Part shown: one piece after another, positions 63,881 through 64,000 of the stretch
How positions within the stretch are numbered: the first letter of the stretch is position 1
Layout: every line of letters starts with the position of its first letter
From: Scyliorhinus canicula
Taxonomy: Eukaryota
DNA length: 64,000 nucleotides
Direction: 5' to 3'
Assembly (NCBI RefSeq): GCF_902713615.1
Contig: NC_052157.1
Span: 131,731,425 to 131,795,424, forward strand
The notes under the pieces: generated by a model
Databases searched by the model: none
Told to the model about the DNA's origin: nothing
What the model saw: only the letters and a program-made list of their open reading frames with translations
Program-made: the position numbers and the translations under genes

Positions 63881-64000
63881 TTAAAAAAATTTTTTTTTAT
63901 AAATTTAGAGTACCCAATAATTTTTTCTAATTAAGGGGCAATTTAGCATGGCCAATCCACCTAACCTGCACATCTTTGGGTTGTGGGGGTGAAACCCACG
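63881..64000 (-). mobile_element. Short poly(A)-tailed V-SINE variant, running off the window end
   Basis: Matches the 37350 copy. Confidence 0.85.

Overview
Eukaryotic, transposon-dense, essentially non-genic DNA. The repeat complement (HE1-like V-SINEs, CR1/HER1-like, L2, L1, RTE and Penelope remnants, GC-rich Harbinger MITEs) points to an elasmobranch (shark) genome; that is inferred from family resemblance, not from a search. I recognise no intact host protein-coding gene, and nearly all ORFs in the track are TE fragments or spurious. Main elements: a full-length but disabled Gypsy LTR retrotransposon (24416-29578, minus), a full-length disabled L1 with a 16-bp TSD (51712-57137, minus), three further Gypsy relics, several solo LTRs, many SINEs, and Harbinger MITEs with 14-bp TIRs and 3-bp TSDs, tied to a Myb/SANT-encoding Harbinger end at 7247. 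The most unusual signal is in the full-length Gypsy: it has no tRNA primer-binding site, and the 16 nt where the PBS should be are complementary (15/16) to its own LTR poly(A)-signal segment, suggesting self-priming and/or poly(A) occlusion. The same element carries an exact 42-bp-period YY1/E-box array in coding sequence. Also noted: a templated inverted insertion, a decayed Penelope hammerhead ribozyme, SINE tail swapping, and weak hints of a plus-strand host gene including a possible 9-nt microexon. All alignments were made by eye, so boundaries of old elements are approximate.
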